From: Candidatus Bathyarchaeota archaeon
GTDB taxonomy: Archaea; Thermoproteota; Bathyarchaeia; Bathyarchaeales; Bathycorpusculaceae
Assembly (NCBI GenBank): GCA_963780185.1
Contig: CAWABA010000001.1
Span: forward strand, 32,001 to 96,000
DNA length: 64,000 bases
Direction of reading: 5' to 3'
Shown piece by piece: positions 10,344-21,091 of this stretch. The position numbers and the translations under genes were made by a program. The notes under the pieces were generated by a model, which was not told the DNA's origin, did not search any database, and worked only from the letters and a program-made list of their open reading frames with translations. The stretch's first letter is position 1, and each line of letters opens with the position of its first letter.

Positions 10344-10429
10344 TCTGCGGCGTTTTGTTTACTTAAAATCCTGTTCGTATTTTCATAAATATTAAGTCTT
10401 AACAGTCATTTACTTGTTTTGGATACACA

Positions 10430-10675
10430 ATGACCATAAACCCAAAAATAACCCACAGAATCAACATACTATTCCACAGCATAGGCTTAAGCTGTTTAGG
10501 CGGAGCAATCTTTCTCCAAATCCTCGTCTTCTCAAACATCCTCCTGCAAGGCTACTTCCGCGCAGTAGAAACCAACATCTCAATCCTTTCCCTTGAAACT
10601 ACATTGGCCGTCTTCGCAGCCATCTATTTTGTTTACGTCTACCAAAAAATCATCCGCAACGCCCTAACTAACTAG
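10430..10675 (+). CDS. Small 2-TM hypothetical membrane protein
   Basis: Two hydrophobic helices. Confidence 0.6.
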   Translation: MTINPKITHRINILFHSIGLSCLGGAIFLQILVFSNILLQGYFRAVETNISILSLETTLAVFAAIYFVYVYQKIIRNALTN

Positions 10676-10930
10676 CTCGCACATTTTATTTTGACGTCGC
10701 CCGCGTCGATGACATAATTGGCGTTGACTTCTATTGACTAGAAACGACTACTACAAACTATTAGCAACTAAAACTGACTCAACCTGAAAACATCTCAAGC
10801 CCCAAACCAAAAAACCAGATCAAACCACAAAGAAAAAAACTGAAGCGCACCAGACTCAAACAACGCGTCCCGCCATACGGAAAGGTTATTACTTTTAGAG
10901 CGGCTTCAATCGTAGCTGGAGAAATGAAAA

Positions 10931-11692
10931 GTGCCCCTCGCATTTATTATCGGAACCGCAGGCTCAGGCAAATCCCTGTTCACAGCAGCCTTCAGCGAAT
11001 GGCTGAAGATGTCAAAACAAGACGTCGCCGTCGTCAACTTGGACCCAGGCGCGTTGAAGCTTCCATACTCGCCCGACGTTGACGTCCGCAACTACGTTGA
11101 TGTAGGCGACTTGATGGAAAAATATGGGTTAGGACCCAACGGCGCCTTGATTATGGCGGCTGATTTAATCGCTGACGAAATCGAGAACCTGAACCGCGAC
11201 ATAGCGGAAGCCCACGCTGACATCGTTTTGGTGGATACTCCTGGTCAAATGGAGTTGTTCGCTTTCAGAGCCAGCGGACCCTACATCGTGGACGAGTTAA
11301 CCAAGGAGCCTAAAGCATTAATTTACCTCTTCGACGCCGTATTCTCCATAAATCCGATGAACTACGTTTCAAACATGTTTCTTTCCGCCGCAGTTTACAA
11401 CCGATTCTTCCATCCGCAGCTGCATGTTCTTTCGAAGACTGATTTGCTTCCTAAAAAAGATGTGCAGTCGATTGCTTCTTGGTCAGCTAACCCGCGGGCG
11501 CTTGAGGACGCGATTGAAGAGAAACTGCAGGGGACAAAACGTCTCTTCAGCCGCAACATGATGCAGGCTATTAACAGGCTTGGCTTAACGTTTCTGTTGA
11601 TGCCTCTTTCGTCAAAAACAAACGAAGGCATGACTAACATCAACACCACACTTGAACGCATACTAAACCAAGGCGAAAAATACACCACTTAA
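10931..11692 (+). CDS. GPN-loop GTPase
   Basis: GTAGSGKS P-loop, VNLDPG, GLGPNGA, DTPGQME. Confidence 0.92.
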   Translation: MPLAFIIGTAGSGKSLFTAAFSEWLKMSKQDVAVVNLDPGALKLPYSPDVDVRNYVDVGDLMEKYGLGPNGALIMAADLIADEIENLNRDIAEAHADIVLVDTPGQMELFAFRASGPYIVDELTKEPKALIYLFDAVFSINPMNYVSNMFLSAAVYNRFFHPQLHVLSKTDLLPKKDVQSIASWSANPRALEDAIEEKLQGTKRLFSRNMMQAINRLGLTFLLMPLSSKTNEGMTNINTTLERILNQGEKYTT

Positions 11693-11694
11693 AC

Positions 11695-12330
11695 TTACGC
11701 GGGAAGCAGCGTCCAGCCCGCGGCGAATGCTCCCCTTTTAGCTCGCAAAGATGAGTCAGCGCCAGCGATGATTATGACGTCGTTGTCTTGGGGTGCAAGT
11801 TGCTCAAGAATCTGCGTTGCAGCTTTAGGGTAGTCTTTTTCTATGCAGTCGCTGACCGATTGAATCTGCAAGTGGCCTTTTTTGAAAACAAGAACTAAGG
11901 CTTTTCTGGCGCCCGCAATGATGGCGGCGTCTCTCTGGTCGATTCCCGATTTCACCTTGTTTCCGCTGTTTTTAACTAAAAAAGCGAAGTTAAATTCAGA
12001 TTGGCTTAATTCTGTTTTGGGGATTTCGACGCGTTTGGGGAAGACTTGTTCAAAGTGACGCCAAGTCTCTTTTCCTTTTTCTGTTAGGTTACATCCGCCT
12101 TTGCTGGTTTCAATCAGCTCGGCGGTTCTGAGCCTGTTTATTATTGTGCGCACGGCTCCGTCGCCAACGCAAAGTTTCTTAGCTAACGTGTTTCTGCCCA
12201 ATGGCTTCTGTGACATTAGCTCCAGCGCGTAGAAAATGTGAAAGACGGTGAAGGTTGTTGATGGTCCTGGAGCTTTTTTTCCTGCGATTTCCTGTATGAA
12301 TTTTTTTAATGATGCAACCATTTTTCGCAC
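11695..12330 (-). CDS. Winged-helix protein, DUF4443-like
   Basis: PLGRNTLAKKLCVGDGAVRTII HTH; GIDQRDAAIIAGA. Confidence 0.7.
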   Translation of the reverse strand: MRKMVASLKKFIQEIAGKKAPGPSTTFTVFHIFYALELMSQKPLGRNTLAKKLCVGDGAVRTIINRLRTAELIETSKGGCNLTEKGKETWRHFEQVFPKRVEIPKTELSQSEFNFAFLVKNSGNKVKSGIDQRDAAIIAGARKALVLVFKKGHLQIQSVSDCIEKDYPKAATQILEQLAPQDNDVIIIAGADSSLRAKRGAFAAGWTLLPA

Positions 12331-12367
12331 TGCTCTAACATAGCGTTGACTGGGTTTTTATAATTTG

Positions 12368-12763
12368 TTAAAGGCTTAGGCAGGTTGGCTTCGATAAGCA
12401 ATTGGCGGATACTTCGACAAGCGCTCCTGTCTTCAATTCGCAGGCGATTGTGGCGCGGGCGGGGAATTCGCTGTCGAAGAACTTCGCGTATTCAGTGTTG
12501 AATTGGTCAAACAGTGTCATGGAAGAAAGGTAAACTGTGGTTGAAACAACATCTTTCATTGTGTATTGTGCCGCTTCCAAAATGGCTTTAATGTTCTCCA
12601 TGACCTGCGTGGTCTGTGACGCTATGTCCACGGCGACTATCTTGCCTTGGTTTGGGTTAATCGGCAGTTGCCCCGAGACAAATAGCAATTTGCCCGCTTC
12701 CACTGCTTGGCTGTATGAACCCACAGGTTTTGGAGCTTTCAGGCTGAAAACTGTCTTTTTCAT
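12368..12763 (-). CDS. RidA/YjgF family enamine deaminase (last codons probably shifted by an indel)
   Basis: APKPVGSYSQAV, FVSGQLP, FPARAT, LVEV. Confidence 0.9.
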   Translation of the reverse strand: MKKTVFSLKAPKPVGSYSQAVEAGKLLFVSGQLPINPNQGKIVAVDIASQTTQVMENIKAILEAAQYTMKDVVSTTVYLSSMTLFDQFNTEYAKFFDSEFPARATIACELKTGALVEVSANCLSKPTCLSL

Positions 12764-12921
12764 CTTATCCCTCTCTTGTTGTGCCGTCTCGGGATTAAAA
12801 TTGTTTTTTGCTTTGACGCATGTCGAAGATTTGTGTTTAGTTGCTTGCTCGTAGAAAGATTTTTAAGAAAAACGGCAAGTATCTTATGTTCCATTAACAA
12901 CTTGGATGGAAAGCGATTCCT

Positions 12922-14127
12922 ATGAGAATAAACGGAAAATACTTGTTCACTTCAGAATCTGTTGGCGAAGGGCACCCAGACAAAGTAGCAGACCAAATAT
13001 CTGACAGCGTACTTGACGCAATCTTCACAAATGACCCCAAAGCAAGAGTTGACTGCGAAACTCTCGTCATGCAGGGAACCGTGATGATTACAGGTCAAAT
13101 CACCACTTGCACCTACGTTGACATACCGAAAATTGTCCGCCAAACCCTCAAAGAAATCGGGTTCGACAACGCCAAGGACGGCTTAGACTGGGAAACCTGC
13201 GGCATCTTGGTTTCGTTGACGGCGCAGTCTGCCGACATCTCCCGAGGAGTTAACGAATCGAAAGGTCACGAGCAAGGCGCAGGCGACCAAGGCATGGTTT
13301 TCGGCTACGCAACCAACGAGACAAAAGAGCTTATGCCGCTGCCGATTATGCTGGCGCATAAACTTGTTAAGCGTTTGGCTGAATGCAGAAAAACAAAGCT
13401 TATTCCATGTCTGCGTCCTGACTGCAAGTCTCAGGTTACTGTGGAATACGTTAATGGCAAGCCTAAATGTGTAAAAACCGTGGTTATCGCTGCACAAAAC
13501 AACGGTTCGCTTGAAGATGCCGCTCTTAAGAAGGAAATTATTGAAAAGGTCATCAAGAACGTTATCCCCCCAAACATGCTGGCGGAGGACGTCAACTACG
13601 TTATCAACGGCACAGGCAGATTCGTTATCGGCGGAACTCTCGCGGATTCAGGGTTAACTGGAAGAAAAATCATCGTTGACACGTACGGCGGCGTTGGAAG
13701 CCACGGAGGCGGATGCTTCAGCGGCAAAGACCCATCAAAAGTCGACCGTTCAGGCTGCTACATGGCAAGGTACATAGCGAAAAATATTGTTGCCGCAGGA
13801 TTAGCTGATCAATGCGAAATACAAATTTCGTATGCCATCGGCGTTGCACAACCAATCTCCGTGCTGGTCAACACTTATGAAACTGGGAAACTGCCTGACT
13901 CAAAAATTCTCGAACTCATAAACAAGCACTTTGACATGAGACCTAAAGCCATCATCGACCAACTGAACCTGCTTCGACCCATCTACAAGAAAACTGCGTG
14001 TTTCGGGCACTTCGGAAGAGAAGAAGCAGACTTCGCATGGGAAAAAACCGATAAAGTCGACGTTCTCAAAAAGAACTGGAAAACGCCAAAAAAGCGTAAA
14101 CCAGAAACCCCATTTTCATTCTATTGA
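12922..14127 (+). CDS. metK: S-adenosylmethionine synthetase, bacterial/eukaryotic type
   Basis: FTSESVGEGHPDK, GAGDQG, GRKIIVDTYGG, GGGCFSGKDPSKVDRS. Confidence 0.95.
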   Translation: MRINGKYLFTSESVGEGHPDKVADQISDSVLDAIFTNDPKARVDCETLVMQGTVMITGQITTCTYVDIPKIVRQTLKEIGFDNAKDGLDWETCGILVSLTAQSADISRGVNESKGHEQGAGDQGMVFGYATNETKELMPLPIMLAHKLVKRLAECRKTKLIPCLRPDCKSQVTVEYVNGKPKCVKTVVIAAQNNGSLEDAALKKEIIEKVIKNVIPPNMLAEDVNYVINGTGRFVIGGTLADSGLTGRKIIVDTYGGVGSHGGGCFSGKDPSKVDRSGCYMARYIAKNIVAAGLADQCEIQISYAIGVAQPISVLVNTYETGKLPDSKILELINKHFDMRPKAIIDQLNLLRPIYKKTACFGHFGREEADFAWEKTDKVDVLKKNWKTPKKRKPETPFSFY

Positions 14128-14131
14128 ATAA

Positions 14132-14948
14132 TTAGTTTTCCACGGTGGCTTTTCCGCCGTTTTCTTCAACCAAATTGGCAAGTTCACGCATCGCTTTAGC
14201 CAGCATTTCTTTCGGTTTTTCCTCCGCTTTTGCTGCTATTGTCAGGTGGATTTCGATGTGGGATTTACTCTCGCCGCCCATAGGATGCGACTTGATGTAA
14301 ACCCCGCTGTTGGCAGCCATAACCTTGTCAATTAGCGGCGCCAACTGCGACTCCATGATGTCTTCCAGAAACAGGCTTCTTTCGCAAAAAACTCGGTCGC
14401 CCACAGCCATCTTAAGCAGCGGCGCAATGGTCTGCGTAAAAATTGCTTCCATTTCCGACGGCACGCCTGGCAGCACAAACAAAACCGTTCCCTTCAGGTC
14501 CACTCGGACGCCGGGCGCGGTGCCAACAGGGTTGTTGATGGGCTCAGTTTTTTCTGGCAAAGTCGCCATTTTAACTCGGGCAGGAGTCATGTCGCTAGCG
14601 GCAGGTTTCTTTTTTTGGCGTATTCTACGTGTCTTGCTTTTACCATCGCTAACGCTCTCTTCATTGACTTCCAATTTTCGGTGCAAAAGCCTTCGCTACG
14701 CCTTGCAGAGTTTTGTCGTCAAAAGTTGGGCCTAATCCGCCCGTGGAAATAATAAACTGTGGTTTCCTTTCTAAGGCTTCGCAAAACACATCGGCCATTT
14801 CCTCAACAATGTCCTGCACAACTGTTATGCGCTTAACGTTTACGCCAAGATTTGTTGCCTGTTTACCCAGCCAATATGCATTTGTGTTAACTACTTTGCC
14901 AATCAGTAACTCGTTGCCAACGCAGATTATTTCCATTTCCACAGTCAT
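14132..14948 (-). CDS. CinA-like molybdopterin-binding (MoCF) domain protein, frameshift near 14685
   Basis: EIICVGNELLIGKVVNTNA, STGGLGPTFDDKT, then NPVGTAPG and LPGVPSEM in the second frame. Confidence 0.85.
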
Positions 14949-15090
14949 TGGTTCTTCGCCATTTTTGTTGCGTTTAGAATAGGGTTGTATTCTTTTATAC
15001 CGTTTGCTTTGAGGGTTAGCGGTGGGAAGTTCCCGAAATGCTTTTATGTGCATAACACTAACTTGCCAACTCCGAAGGAGACCTCATCGG

Positions 15091-17508
15091 ATGTACCCTA
15101 AATCCAAAAACAAAAAGGCACTTGCCTCTTTCCTATTCCTAATCCTATTTACCTCAACAATGGCGATTTTCGGAGCATTAAGCACAATGCAGTTTGCCCA
15201 CGCAGCCGCCTACCCCATAACCATTTACAGGTACGACGCCCCAAACAGCCTAACCAACCCAACAAACCCGTCGCAAACAATCAGCGTCCCTGACTTGGCG
15301 GCTCTATCGTCCAGCTTCATCACTGGCTACGGCGGTTTTTACCAGTCTAACCAGCACGCAACAGCCTACGCGCAGTACACGGGTCTTCCCGTCTCTTATC
15401 TTTGCAACCTAATCGGGATTAACGCAAACTACAAAGTCAACGTAACTGGGGGCTCTGGCAACGCTTTGTTCAGCTACGGTTACGTCATGAATAATGTTGC
15501 TGACCAAACAACTTACGATTCGGCGGGGACTTCGCATGCGGCTCCGCAAAGCGACGTTAACTTGATTCTTGCTATGAGTGGAGGTACGCTTAGCGCATCC
15601 AACGGAGATTTTCCAAGACTTCTGTCCATAAACCAGACGGGTAATCTGCCTCTTGCGGTCAACGGCGCAGGCGGAAAAGGCATAACCACCATCAAAGTCA
15701 TCTATCAGGGTTCAGGAGCCACCATCGTTCCAACAAGCCTAACAGTCGGTTACACCCCCAGTGCAGTCGACGAAGCAGGAAGCCAAACTGTGCAAATAAG
15801 CGGAGTACTGAACAACTCTGCGTCGGGCATTTCAGGCGAGCCGATTACTTTGTTCCGAAACGACACATCGTTTGGCTGGGTTCAAATCGGACAAACCACC
15901 ACTGTTAGCGGCGGCGCCTACAACTTCGGCTGGGTACCAAACGCATCTGTCCCAGTAGGTAACTACCAAATTCAAGCCTCGTTCAGCGGTGACTCACCCA
16001 ACAATTATGCTCCAGCCACCGCTCAGACTCCCGCATCGCCAGGACTCAACGTTGACGCTGTGCTCGTTGCCCCTTCCCTGATTCCATCAGCAGTCGCGGT
16101 TGATCAGGGTCAAATTAGCTACCTCAATATCACCGCGATAAATACGGGTACTTCACCCTACACTTATCAATGGTTTGAGAAGGCTCCAGGCGGCGGCTAT
16201 GCACTAGCTGGGTCAAACTCTGTAAGCTTCAATTTTGTTACTTCAAGCACAACGACCGTTGGCAGCTGGAGCTTCATCCTTCAAGTAACTGACAGCACAG
16301 GCGCATCAGCGAATTCTACCGCTTCACCTATCCCAGTTAGCGTGGCTCCCACTATCGCGGTTGCTCCCACTACCTTGATCGTTATGGATGTCAACCAAAT
16401 GAAGACCTTCACTGCAACAGCATCTGGCGGAACAGGCACCCTGAGCTATCAATGGTATCTAGGTGGTAACGCTGTTTCTGGCCAGACGAGCGCAACCTAC
16501 ATTTTCATCGCCGCCTCTTCTGGTTCACCCCAGATTTACTGCAAGGTAACCAACCAAGCCTCCACCCCAGTTGTTGTCCAGTCAAATATGCCTGCAATCA
16601 CGGTGAATTCAGCGCTTATTCCTCCAACCGCTTCAGCATCTCCCGCATCGGTCACTCAAGGTCAAACCTCAAGTTTGACTCTCGCATCCGTAACAACGGG
16701 TACCTCGCCCTACACTTATCAGTGGCTGCAGACGTCTCCTGGCTCAATTGCAACGCTGATAAACGGCGCCACTTCATCAAGCTATAACTTCGTAACCTCA
16801 GCTACCACGACCACGGGAACTTGGAGTTTCATTTGTGTCATAACTGACAGCGCTGACGCAGGAACCAACTCCACCTTGGTTAATGTCGCTGTTAACGCTC
16901 CATCTCCAACTCCCACAGCCTCGCCGACACCAACCCCAACCCCAACTCCTACTCCGACCACGACCCCTGGTTCAGCGCCGAAGGAGTCTTCAACGGCAAC
17001 TGTCAGTGATGGTTCAGCCACGGTTGACCAAGCGGCAACAACAGGAGTCAAGGTGACAGTCAGTGGTTCTTCACTGCAAAACGGGCAAAAAGTAAACGTC
17101 ACATCCACCGACTATGGCAGCAACCAACCCGCAGGAACAGGCGCAGTGTCAGTCAACGGAGCCTCCTTCTACGACATTAAAGTCTCTTCAAGCAGCACCT
17201 TAGGCTCCGACGTCACTGTTACAGTCGCCATTTCAAACGTGAACTTCACCAGCTCCAGCAGAATTGAATATTGGAGTGGCAGCGCATGGGTTTCCGTTAC
17301 AACAACGTTCACTGTACCCGACACCGTGTCAGGTGCCATACCCGCATCAGCCTTAACAGGAACACCCATACTAGTCGGCACACCAAAATCAAACGCCTCG
17401 CCAAATGATACTTACCTGGCAATAATTGCAGCAGCAATCGCTTTAGTAATAATCCTAGCTGTGGTCTTTCTCGTCATAAAACGAAATGCGAAAAAGACAA
17501 CAAATTAA
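15091..17508 (+). CDS. Large surface protein: Oxidored_molyb-like N-domain, Ig-like repeats, PT linker, TM anchor
   Basis: Signal peptide from ATG 15091; YTGLPVSYL..ILAM..PRL motif; two repeats containing TGTSPYTYQW..FVTS.TTT.G.WSF; C-terminal TM + KRNAKK. Confidence 0.75.
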   Translation: MYPKSKNKKALASFLFLILFTSTMAIFGALSTMQFAHAAAYPITIYRYDAPNSLTNPTNPSQTISVPDLAALSSSFITGYGGFYQSNQHATAYAQYTGLPVSYLCNLIGINANYKVNVTGGSGNALFSYGYVMNNVADQTTYDSAGTSHAAPQSDVNLILAMSGGTLSASNGDFPRLLSINQTGNLPLAVNGAGGKGITTIKVIYQGSGATIVPTSLTVGYTPSAVDEAGSQTVQISGVLNNSASGISGEPITLFRNDTSFGWVQIGQTTTVSGGAYNFGWVPNASVPVGNYQIQASFSGDSPNNYAPATAQTPASPGLNVDAVLVAPSLIPSAVAVDQGQISYLNITAINTGTSPYTYQWFEKAPGGGYALAGSNSVSFNFVTSSTTTVGSWSFILQVTDSTGASANSTASPIPVSVAPTIAVAPTTLIVMDVNQMKTFTATASGGTGTLSYQWYLGGNAVSGQTSATYIFIAASSGSPQIYCKVTNQASTPVVVQSNMPAITVNSALIPPTASASPASVTQGQTSSLTLASVTTGTSPYTYQWLQTSPGSIATLINGATSSSYNFVTSATTTTGTWSFICVITDSADAGTNSTLVNVAVNAPSPTPTASPTPTPTPTPTPTTTPGSAPKESSTATVSDGSATVDQAATTGVKVTVSGSSLQNGQKVNVTSTDYGSNQPAGTGAVSVNGASFYDIKVSSSSTLGSDVTVTVAISNVNFTSSSRIEYWSGSAWVSVTTTFTVPDTVSGAIPASALTGTPILVGTPKSNASPNDTYLAIIAAAIALVIILAVVFLVIKRNAKKTTN

Positions 17509-17545
17509 TGAACTTGAAAAGTAAGCAAACTCAAGGAAAACCGCG

Positions 17546-18496
17546 ATGGCTACCAAACAAACCCCTTTCCTTCTAGCTCTGGTAACTGTCATCGTATCAG
17601 CTTGTCTTATTTTCGCCATGTTCAGTTGCCTTCAGCCAGCATACGCAACAACCGCTTGGTCAGTCACCGTTAAACGCTGGGACACCCCGAACAGCCTAAC
17701 AACACCAACTAACTCGCCCACCCAAACCTTGCTGGTCGATGACATCGGCGATTTGGCAAACAGCAGCCTGCAGGTAGTGTCGGGCTATGGTGGGTTTTAC
17801 CAGCAAAACCGCAACCAAACCGCCTATGCCAACTTCACAGGCGTCCCCGTCTCCTATTTCGCCAGCTTGATTGGGATAAACACAAACTACGAAGTCATAA
17901 TCCGAGGAGTAGGCTCCAACGAGTTCGACTACAACATAATAATGAACAATCAAGCCGACGCAAACTCAACATGGGATTCCAACCAAACAGAATATGCCCC
18001 TCCCCAAAACAACATCTGCGTCATACTCGCCTACCTCGCAAACGGCGAATCAATCGACACCTATTTGGGTGACACGGAAGCGCTCAGAACCCTCTCCGTA
18101 AACCCAAATCAAAACCAACCTGGATTGGCAATCCTCGGCGCTGGCGGAAAAACAGCAACCGAAGTGGACATAATCTATCTCGGAACTGGAACACCCTACG
18201 GACCCAATCTTCCCGCTTCCCCATCGCCCACAGCCACGGCTTCACCTTCAGCTTCACCGACATCAACCGCCTCGCAAACACCCGCAGCTTCACCGACAGC
18301 CTCCGCTTCATTTACGGGACAACCAACTCCGGCGGCGGGGGTTCCTTCAACCACGGGTTCAGCTTCACCTAAAGGAGCTGCGCCTAATTCCGAAGGGCTT
18401 GTGATTGTAGCAGCCGTGGTTTTAGTTGCAGTGATTCTGGCGGTTGCTGTGGCGCTGAATCAAATCAAGAAGAAAAACCTGAACACTAAGGTTTAG
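17546..18496 (+). CDS. Surface protein paralogous to the N-domain of 15091..17508, S/P/T linker + TM
   Basis: Shared R.D.PNSLT.PTN, GYGGFYQ, TG.PVSY..LIGIN.NY.V and GAGGK motifs. Confidence 0.8.
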   Translation: MATKQTPFLLALVTVIVSACLIFAMFSCLQPAYATTAWSVTVKRWDTPNSLTTPTNSPTQTLLVDDIGDLANSSLQVVSGYGGFYQQNRNQTAYANFTGVPVSYFASLIGINTNYEVIIRGVGSNEFDYNIIMNNQADANSTWDSNQTEYAPPQNNICVILAYLANGESIDTYLGDTEALRTLSVNPNQNQPGLAILGAGGKTATEVDIIYLGTGTPYGPNLPASPSPTATASPSASPTSTASQTPAASPTASASFTGQPTPAAGVPSTTGSASPKGAAPNSEGLVIVAAVVLVAVILAVAVALNQIKKKNLNTKV

Positions 18497-19054
18497 TTTC
18501 TTTGGGTTCTGTTTTTTGGTTTGGGCGTTTTGGGAAGGGAAGATGCTGGACGCGGTTCACGATTGCTGAGGAAATGATTCCGCCTGCTCCTCCAAACGTG
18601 AGGTGTATTGCGCCTGCGATGCCTATGCCGGCGATGAGAATGTTGGCGTTCAAACCTATTGCGCTGGTTATGGAGTAGTTTACGAGCATTTTGTCAAAAC
18701 TTCCGAAGGCGCCTAAGAGACATCCTACCAAAACGTTGCCTAAGTGTCCTCTAAATATCAATGCCAAAATGTCCATCGTGAAACCCATTGCGATGTACTC
18801 AAAGACTTCCAGAATGCCCTTATCTGCCATTCCCAGCGTGCCTAACAGCAAACCTGCAATTACTCCGATGAAGGTGCCTGCCCCGAACTTTTTGGTGACG
18901 CCGATGCCTACGACGAATGGGATTACCCAGAACAGCGCCATGTGCCAGGCCATTTCATTGGGGTTTTAAAGTAAGTCATGAGAACGTAGACTAGCGCAGA
19001 CATAAGGGACAGAAAAGTCAGTTCGTAAACCAAAAAGTATTTTCGCCCTTTCAA
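18486..19054 (-). CDS. ECF transporter S-component-like membrane protein, frameshift near 18950
   Basis: TTG 19054 gives MKGRKYFLVYELTFLSLMSAL..KTPMK.PG, continuing in the next frame as HMALFWV..KFGAGT. About 5-6 TMs. Confidence 0.65.
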
Positions 19055-19065
19055 ATTAGCACACC

Positions 19066-19843
19066 TCAACTTGGCACACTCGACTTCAAATTTAGTTGGA
19101 AATCGTTTCCTATCGCTCCGTTAACCGCCACCAAAAGCACGAAGTCATCCTGAACTCTGCCGCCCGTGAAATCAACATAGAATGTTCCGTTCTGGCTGTT
19201 TGTGATAGTTACGTTGCCATCAGGGTTTCTTGGGTTCGGCGTGATGTGAAGCGAGTTTAATCCGCCGCCAGACTTGTCAAATTTCATCAAGTATGTGTCG
19301 TTGCCATAAACATCGAAGGCTGCACCTTCTTTGTTTGAAACTCTCACGTAAATGTGGTTGGAGTCAGACATCTGCGTGGCATTCGCCAAGACACTCGGTG
19401 AACCCGTATCAGCGGTTACACAGTAGCCGCTTGCTCCGTCTCCGTCAGCGCGGTTAGTCCATGAGATTCCCCCGTTTGATTTAATGTACCCATAAACGTG
19501 GAAAGCAGCGGTTCCATGCAAACCCGAAAATGAGTAGTCTACCTTGACGCAGGGGTAAGTTGCGTTCAAATCCGATGTGGCATTCAAATCGACAAACATC
19601 ATGTAAAAGGGCCCGTCCGTGGTGACCTCGACTCCGGGCATAACGGCAAGTTTGGAGGCGTAGGGAACCCATACTTGGGGGCCATAAAGGAAATCCGCGG
19701 CGGAAAACGTTTCATCCAGATGGTAGCTGCCTCCGACTGTGTTTGCTGGTTGACTCAGATAAGCCCATTGGACAGCGAAAACTAATCAAAATAAGTAAGC
19801 CGAAAACCGCAAAAGCCGCTGCCAGCTTGTACTTAAACCGCAA
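19066..19843 (-). CDS. Secreted/anchored beta-rich surface-domain protein, frameshift near 19785
   Basis: N-terminal TM from TTG 19843. The frame of ORF 19066..19641 extends upstream (ETFSAADFLYGPQVW). Confidence 0.65.
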
Positions 19844-19845
19844 AT

Positions 19846-20539
19846 TTACGGCCTCTTAAGAGCAACAAGGAACTCCCCGTGGGGCTCCACGAAAAGTACA
19901 GCTTTACCTTGGATGAAGCTCGGTGTCGCGTTTTTCGGAATCTGCACGTTGCCTTCCTTGACAATTTCTCCTTGAAGGGTTAAAATCTCGTCTATGCCCG
20001 CTCCGATGACCTCTGGAACAGACCTGACGCCTGACAGCTCCCTGTTCTTGCCTTTCAAAAGAAATCTTCCATCATTTTGCAGAGACGCCAAACCGACTCC
20101 TGCAATGGCGCCGATGACTCCGCCTTCGGTTCCGCCTAAACCTTCAAAGCGTATTTGACTATTGTCGGCGACTTGGCGAGCCCGTTCCTGAGTTACGACG
20201 GTGGTTTTGGCGTCGAGACCGAAGGCAACTGCCGAAGCTGTTATCTTGCTGGATTGGGCTATCGCTAATCCAGGATCGCTTCCAACGATAAAATCATCAA
20301 GCATCATCTTTTTGGTTGCGGCAAATATTTCATCCATCGCATCTGCAGGAGCCTCGGCGTGGATCACTGCGCAGCTATTGTGCGATGTAAACGGGATTTC
20401 TGGGATGGATGAAAAGTTGGTGACGCGTGACGCCGAAAATTTGGTGCTTTTTTGCAAGTTCTGTTGCGATGGTTCTTGCAAGTCGTCCTGTTCCTCTTGA
20501 CTCCAATGTGTCCGTGTCGTCTATTCCCACGTAAATCAT
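19846..20539 (-). CDS. TiaS N-terminal-like (DUF1743-related) protein, frameshift near 20403
   Basis: ATG 20539 gives MIYVGIDDTDTLESRGTGRLAR..GVTRHQLFIHP, then IPFTSHNSCA, SDPGLA and GGVIGAIAGVGL. Confidence 0.75.
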
Positions 20540-20672
20540 TCGATAGCCTCAATTTAATGGGACGATATGTATTTTTAGGCATAACGTTTAACGTACTGAA
20601 CTATTAAACTTGTTGATGTAAAGAGAAAAATAGTCACACCTAAGAAAAGGCCTTTGTCTTTTCTGACTTGGC

Positions 20673-20879
20673 TTATTTTTTCTTGCTTAGGTACCAATTG
20701 AGGTATTCTTTTCTGCGGTTTTGTCTCTGTTCTTCTTCTGTTTCTTCAGCAGGTCTGTTTTTGTCTCTTAGGTCGTTGAGTTCCTGCTGTGTCATTTGTA
20801 GCCCGCAGCTTTTGCAGATGTAGCGTTTGGTACCTATTTCGTAATGACATTCTCCGCCGCATTCAGGACAATATATCAT
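20673..20879 (-). CDS. Small zinc-ribbon protein
   Basis: CPEC ... CKSC. Confidence 0.75.
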   Translation of the reverse strand: MIYCPECGGECHYEIGTKRYICKSCGLQMTQQELNDLRDKNRPAEETEEEQRQNRRKEYLNWYLSKKK

Positions 20880-21091
20880 TTTACCCTTTCTCTTCGCGAA
20901 TTTTATAGGTTAATCGCCTTCGCAAAGATATTAGTCTTCGCCTCAAAATCCCGATTTTTCGCTGATTTTCTTCTCAAAAAGCATCTGCCTTTCTTTTTAG
21001 CCTACGTACTTTTTCAATAATCATCTTGCTTCTTTCAAAAAGCTTTTATAATAAACCAACAGATGCAAGGGGTAATACGTTAATTTGAGGA

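Noticed and set aside
16900-16970. Short tandem repeats (also 3255-3350, 18215-18310, 35900-36095) as CRISPR arrays or VNTRs
   Set aside because: They encode Pro/Thr/Ser linkers of surface proteins and have no repeat-spacer structure.
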